Assembly: GCF_009914755.1 (NCBI RefSeq)
Contig: NC_060925.1
Length of the DNA: 64,000 nt
Source: the human T2T-CHM13v2.0 reference genome, Homo sapiens
Direction: 5' to 3' (one strand)
A program made the position numbers and the translations under genes. Every line of letters starts with the position of its first letter. Position 1 is the first letter of the stretch. Shown here in pieces: positions 58,262 through 64,000 of this stretch. The notes beneath the pieces were generated by a model. It saw nothing but the letters and a program-made list of their open reading frames with translations, had not been told where the DNA came from and searched no databases.

Positions 58262-58479
58262 GTACAGATTTGCATAATTTCTTTATGTCTCATAACTCTA
58301 TTAACATTTGAGGTTTGTTTGTGACCTCTGATGAGGAGGGGGAAAGTTGAAGAAATGTGTTGTATATTTTCTGTTGGAGATATGTTAGTTTTAACATTAT
58401 AGTTCCATACATGAAGTGGTTAGCTTTGTGTTTGAAAGAGAAGCTTTAGTTAAGTTTTATTTATTTTTAAGTTTTTAAA

Positions 58480-58752
58480 ATTTTTATTTTTGAGACAGGG
58501 TCTCACTCTGTCATTCAGGCTGGAGTGCAGTGGTACGATCAGGGCTCACTGTAGTTTTGACCTCCCAGGCCTCAGGCTCCCAAGTAGCTGGGACCACAGG
58601 CACACACACCACACTTGGCTGATTTTTAATTTTTGTAGAGAGGAGTCTCCCTATGTTGCTCAGGCTGGTCTCAAACTCTTGGGCTCAAGCAGTCTTCCTG
58701 CCTCAGCCTCCCAGTGTGCTGGGATTATACAAGCATGAGGCACCATGCCTGG
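58480..58752 (-). mobile_element. AluJ
   Basis: Diverged Alu antisense. Confidence 0.9.
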
Positions 58753-59274
58753 AATAATTTAAATAAAATAAAATATTACAGAGTTTTGTTTGTTTGTTAC
58801 CTTAACATTTATTTGGTGATCTATGTTGACTTTTTGAAAAATTTACTCCAGCTAGACTTGCATACTTTCTTATTATGAAGCTGACACAGAAGTGCACAGA
58901 ATAAAAACTGCAAGTCCTCTTTACTCTCCCCCCAGTAATTTGCATACATGTATGTGCATATACACTTATGTCGTGTATTTTTATTGTTTTTGTTTAAACC
59001 TAACTTAGGTTATGTGTTTCTGTGACTTGCGTTTTTCCTTTAACAAAGAACACTTAGAGCACTTTCCATGTTTGTAAAATTAGGTCTACAGCATTCTTTT
59101 TACAGCTGCCTGGGCAGGTATTGCTTGTTTTTTCCACTGATGGAAGCAATACTTCAGTGATATCCTTGTACAGCACCTTTGGCATATGTATATTTTTTTA
59201 GAAAACATTTATCAGTCTTTCACCTTTTTGCCAGTTTTATAGTTAGAAAAAAGATACTTCATTTTAATTTGCAT

Positions 59275-59595
59275 TTTCTTTTTGTTTGTTTAAACGTTTT
59301 GTTTTTTGTTTTTGAGATGGAGTCTCACTCTGTTGCCCAGGCTGGAGTCCAGTGGCACTGTCTCGACTCACTGCACCCTCCACTTCCTGGGTTGAGGTGA
59401 TTCTCCTGCCTCAGCCTCCTGAGTAGCTGGGATTAAAGATGTGCGCCACCACGCCCCACAAATTTTTGTATTTTTAGTAGAGACGGCATTTCACTATGTT
59501 GGCCAGGCTGGTCTCGAGCTTCTGACCTCAGGTGATCTGTCCACCTCCACCTCCCAAAGTGCTGGGATTACAGGTGTGAGCCACCGCGCCCAGCC
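59275..59595 (-). mobile_element. AluS
   Basis: Alu antisense; TSD tgcattttctt. Confidence 0.93.
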
Positions 59596-60873
59596 TGCAT
59601 TTTCTTAATTCGTTTAGGCTTAGGGTCTTTATTTTTTCTCTGTTTTACAGGGATACTATCAGTGTTAGATACTAGATTTATCTTGTTTTAAAATTAATTA
59701 AATGTATGTTGAATAACTTGTAGAACCAAACTCAAGGAAGCATCTAGCACTTTTCACACTGTTAAACCTGGAAACCAAAACCAAAACCACTCTTGAAGAA
59801 GTGGGAGATCAGCCCCTTTTGTTCATCCTCAGATTTTTTTCCCGGGTAGGATTTTTCCTGTGTAATGATGAATAATTACCCTGTGATTTAAAAAATTCGA
59901 ATTAGTAAAAGTACTGATGCTATTACTTTGATCTTTACTATTTAACAGCATGGGCAGTTGCCTTTGAATTTTGAAAGAAAAAAAATAGCTCTCTTACTTG
60001 AAGCTCTTGGGAAAAGGCTGATAAGCAATTTGAATAATGAAATTGAAATATTTTGGCTGACTTCTGTATTTCCTGAGCTGTGTCACCTCTTCTTCATTTA
60101 AAAAATAGTACCTGTTTGTTGTTGTTCGTATTTTTATGTTGGAATTTTGAAACAACCAAAATTCCAAAATTTTTCTGTTTGGAAATACGTAAAACTAGCA
60201 ACAGACTTTGAGAAAGTGAGAAGCTCTTCTTATGTATATTAATTTTTGTAAAAATTACTTCCAGAAGATAATCTTCTGAAAACTATTTCAGTTGAAGGTA
60301 TTTCAAAAATCTAACACTTTAGAGTAGATTTAAAGAAAAATTTAAAATTAAATTCCTGTGATTTATATCTTATTTGATTTTTCATCCTAACTTCATTTTC
60401 TCCACTTTTCTTTCCCTTACTTCTCTTGTTAATACAAAAAAGAAATAAAGGAATAAGATAAAATGTTTGCTCTCCTAAGTAAATCTCAGATCTTTTGTTT
60501 GCAGTTCCCACTCAAACTTTTCTTCTTAGATACAGTTTCACTTGTGTGATCACCTGGAATATTTGCATGCTACTTAATCATTTGCAATTCTTGATCAATT
60601 TTTTTTTTATTCCAATAAGAAAAAGCTGCTTTTCTCTCTTACTTTTTCTGTTGGGTAATAAAAAGAATATGAAGTTATTTACTAATAAGGTGAGCTACCT
60701 TTGGAATTTCCAAAATAAGCATTACCTTTTAGGGGTTAAACTTTTTGTGTTATCTTTTTAAAATACCTTTGTGAATATGATGACTAAATGTGGCAAACTG
60801 ATGTGCTTTTTTTCACAACTATTGAACCATACATATAGGAATGGGCAAAAAATCCGTAAGTGACTCTGGATTC

Positions 60874-61175
60874 TTTTTTTTTTTTTTTTGAGACAAGGTC
60901 TCACTCTGTTTACCCAGGCTGTAATGCAATGGCACAAACACAACTCACTGCAGCCTCGACCTCCTCAGATTAAGTGATCCTGCCCCAGCCTGTCGTGTAG
61001 CTGAGACCACAGGCACATGCCACCATGCCCAGCTAATTTATTTATCTATTTTTTTAAGAGATGGGGCTCTCACTTTGTTGCACAGGCTGGTCTTGAACTC
61101 CTGGCCTCAAGCAGTCCTCCCAACTGGTCCTCCCAAAGTGCTGGAATTACAGGCATGAGCCATTGTGCCTAGCCT
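60874..61175 (-). mobile_element. AluJ
   Basis: Alu antisense; TSD ctggattc. Confidence 0.9.
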
Positions 61176-62111
61176 GGATTCATTTTTATTGCTGTCTTCA
61201 ATTTCTTCCAGAACTGTGGCCCTGGCTTTCAGATTGCCATCAGTGTCTTAATAAACTTTAGTCTTCACCAGACATCTGTAGATTAGTATAAATTGCCTGA
61301 CTGACAGCCCTTAAATGCTCAGTAAGTTAAATTGATCTTAATACTCCATTTGTCGATTGGTTTGATACTTTTTTGTTCTTGCTTTACTAGTAGATAAGGT
61401 ACCAGATGATCATCTCAGAGATTAGATGGCAGGCTTCTTTGTCTGGGTCTTCATTAATTTCCATTTCTTTAGTTAGACTATTTAGGAATAGAAAAATGTT
61501 CTTCTGAATCTTTTCATTTTCTGCATTCTTCTCATCGTAGTCCTCTATTTTTATCTCCACCTCTGAGCCCCTGACTTAGGTGGAAAAGAGGAGAGGAATT
61601 TGGATGGTGTGTGTATTTTCCATGTGATTGCCAAAAAATATTGAATGATAGGAATGTGATATCCTGCAATATTTTAATGTTTATGTGGTCTTAATATTCT
61701 TTTCATTTTGCATTCCCAGTGGCTCACTGCTGCATTTTTAGGTATCTGGATCTGCAGTGTAAAATAAGAGTCCCGGCATCCCATTGTAATCATATCTGTT
61801 GTTGGACTTGCAACTCCACAACTCATATAATCAAAAGGGCCCCCTTCCTAGTATTAATGATAATCTTTAATTATAGAATGAGGACATAGCTTTTTGTTTC
61901 ATTTATTTAAAAGGCTGTGTCCTCATTTTATATCATGATTTGCCATTTTCTGTGTGGAGTTTAAATGTTGATTTTCTTTATAAATACTGTAGCGACTTTT
62001 ACAAACTTAACCAAACTCTTTTTTGATTTTAGAAAAGTCTGCTTTGACTCCATCTCCCTAGTTTCTTCTCTTTCACCAATATTTTTCTCTAAAACCCTTT
62101 TAACTTCCTAG

Positions 62112-62271
62112 GCAGTGGCCATTCACCACCGAGTAGCAGTCTCACTTCTCCAAGCCACGTGAACTTGTCTCCAAATACAGTCCCAGAGTTCTCTTACTCC
62201 AGCAGTGAAGATGAATTTTATGATGCTGATGAATTCCATCAAAGTGGCTCATCCCCAAAGCGCTTAATAGA
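62112..62271 (+). CDS. OSBPL9: OSBPL9 exon ~12 (160 nt) encoding the FFAT (VAP-binding) motif
   Basis: cttcctag|GC AGT GGC...TTA ATA GA|gtgagt; ...[29 protein letters not shown]; EFYDADE at 62213-62233. Confidence 0.97.
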
Positions 62272-63078
62272 GTGAGTAGATGAACAGAATATGTATTTAA
62301 ATGATTCTCCTGATTTTTAAAAATCTAATTTGATTTTGAGACTAGTGTTAATGACAGACTTGCCTCATCAGTTATTATTTGGGAAAATTAAAAGGGCAAC
62401 CTTTTTAATAGAAGTTTTTTTATTGATGTATAATAGTTGTATGGACAACTTGTTTTTGGTTGGCTTATTGAGCAAAGCCAGTTCTGTGAGAGTTTTGATT
62501 TTAGTCCTAAGTTAATCCAAGTGGAATAAATAGCATCACCTATAGTAATGTGCCAGCGTTATTAGTTGAACCCTGGCCGTTTCTACAGTACCAACATTAG
62601 GAGAGGGTCCAATGAGAGTGAATAAGCTATGAAGCATTATACAAATAAGAGGTTTCTATTACTTTTTTCTTTTTTTAATTAGAGTGGAAATATTCAACAC
62701 CTATCAGCCAGGCACTGTGCTAGGTTGATATCAAGGTTACAAAGATCCAGGCCCTGCCCACAGGGAACTTTTGGGGGAATAGGCAGACATTTATAATCTA
62801 ATGAAATACGTGGTATGGTATCTTAGTCCCTTTAAGCTGCCATAACAAAATACAGTAATCTAGGTAGCTTATAAACAACAGAAATTTATTTCCTACAGTG
62901 TTATGGAGCAAAAGGGGCTTGCTGCCCAATGTGCTAGAAGCCATTACTAAGTCCCAGGTTTTTGAGGAAAGAAAAGCTTTTTATTGCAAGTCTACTTACA
63001 GGGAAATGGAAGTCCACCTCAAATCTGTCTCTCTGCACTGGCTTTAAGGCACTAATTTTATTTAAAAACGTTTAGGGA

Positions 63079-63700
<622 letters not shown>

Positions 63701-64000
63701 GAAGTAGAATTACTGATTTACTTTCATTTTACTTGTGTTTGTTGTAGATGTATTAATAGCTTAGTTTTTGTTGGGAATTACTTCTAATTCTGCTTTCTCA
63801 GGGGACTGTTACTATACTGTTACTATAGCTAGGGTTTTTGCTTTTTAACACAGTACAAATTTGGAAATAATTAAATGTAAATTTGCAAGCCAATTACCTT
63901 CAGCCAGTCCTATGTGGTCTAGGTGAATATATATAGTTAAGACGTGGAAGGGAGGTTTAAATCTACAACTAAAGAAGGCCAGTGTAGCAGAAAGGGCTTA

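Overview
Primate (almost certainly human) genomic DNA lying wholly inside the OSBPL9 gene (oxysterol-binding protein-like 9 / ORP9) on the + strand. Nine GT-AG coding exons (canonical exons ~4-12, numbering from memory) splice into one open frame, running from the end of the PH domain to the FFAT motif (EFYDADE). An internal CpG-island promoter (~25.5-26.5 kb) has three GCCAATCG boxes spaced exactly 42 bp apart and a first exon with two alternative splice donors. One donor gives an in-frame MAFLLATCG N-terminus; the other turns the same ATG into a uORF and leaves Met166 (ORP9S-like) as the first in-frame start. The first 9 kb is a stack of retro-insertions in an old antisense L1: a GAPDH and an SLC25A6/ANT3 processed pseudogene head-to-head, and a 3'-truncated SVA with a perfect 16-bp TSD. 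An antisense SNORA26-like H/ACA snoRNA retrocopy lies at ~21.1 kb. The rest is intronic Alu, L1, L2, LTR and DNA-transposon relics, several with template-switch scars. I see no evidence of a wholly new biological system; the best leads are regulatory (donor/uORF switch, phased CCAAT promoter, candidate poison exons) and mutational. Repeat subfamily names and repeat boundaries are by eye and approximate.
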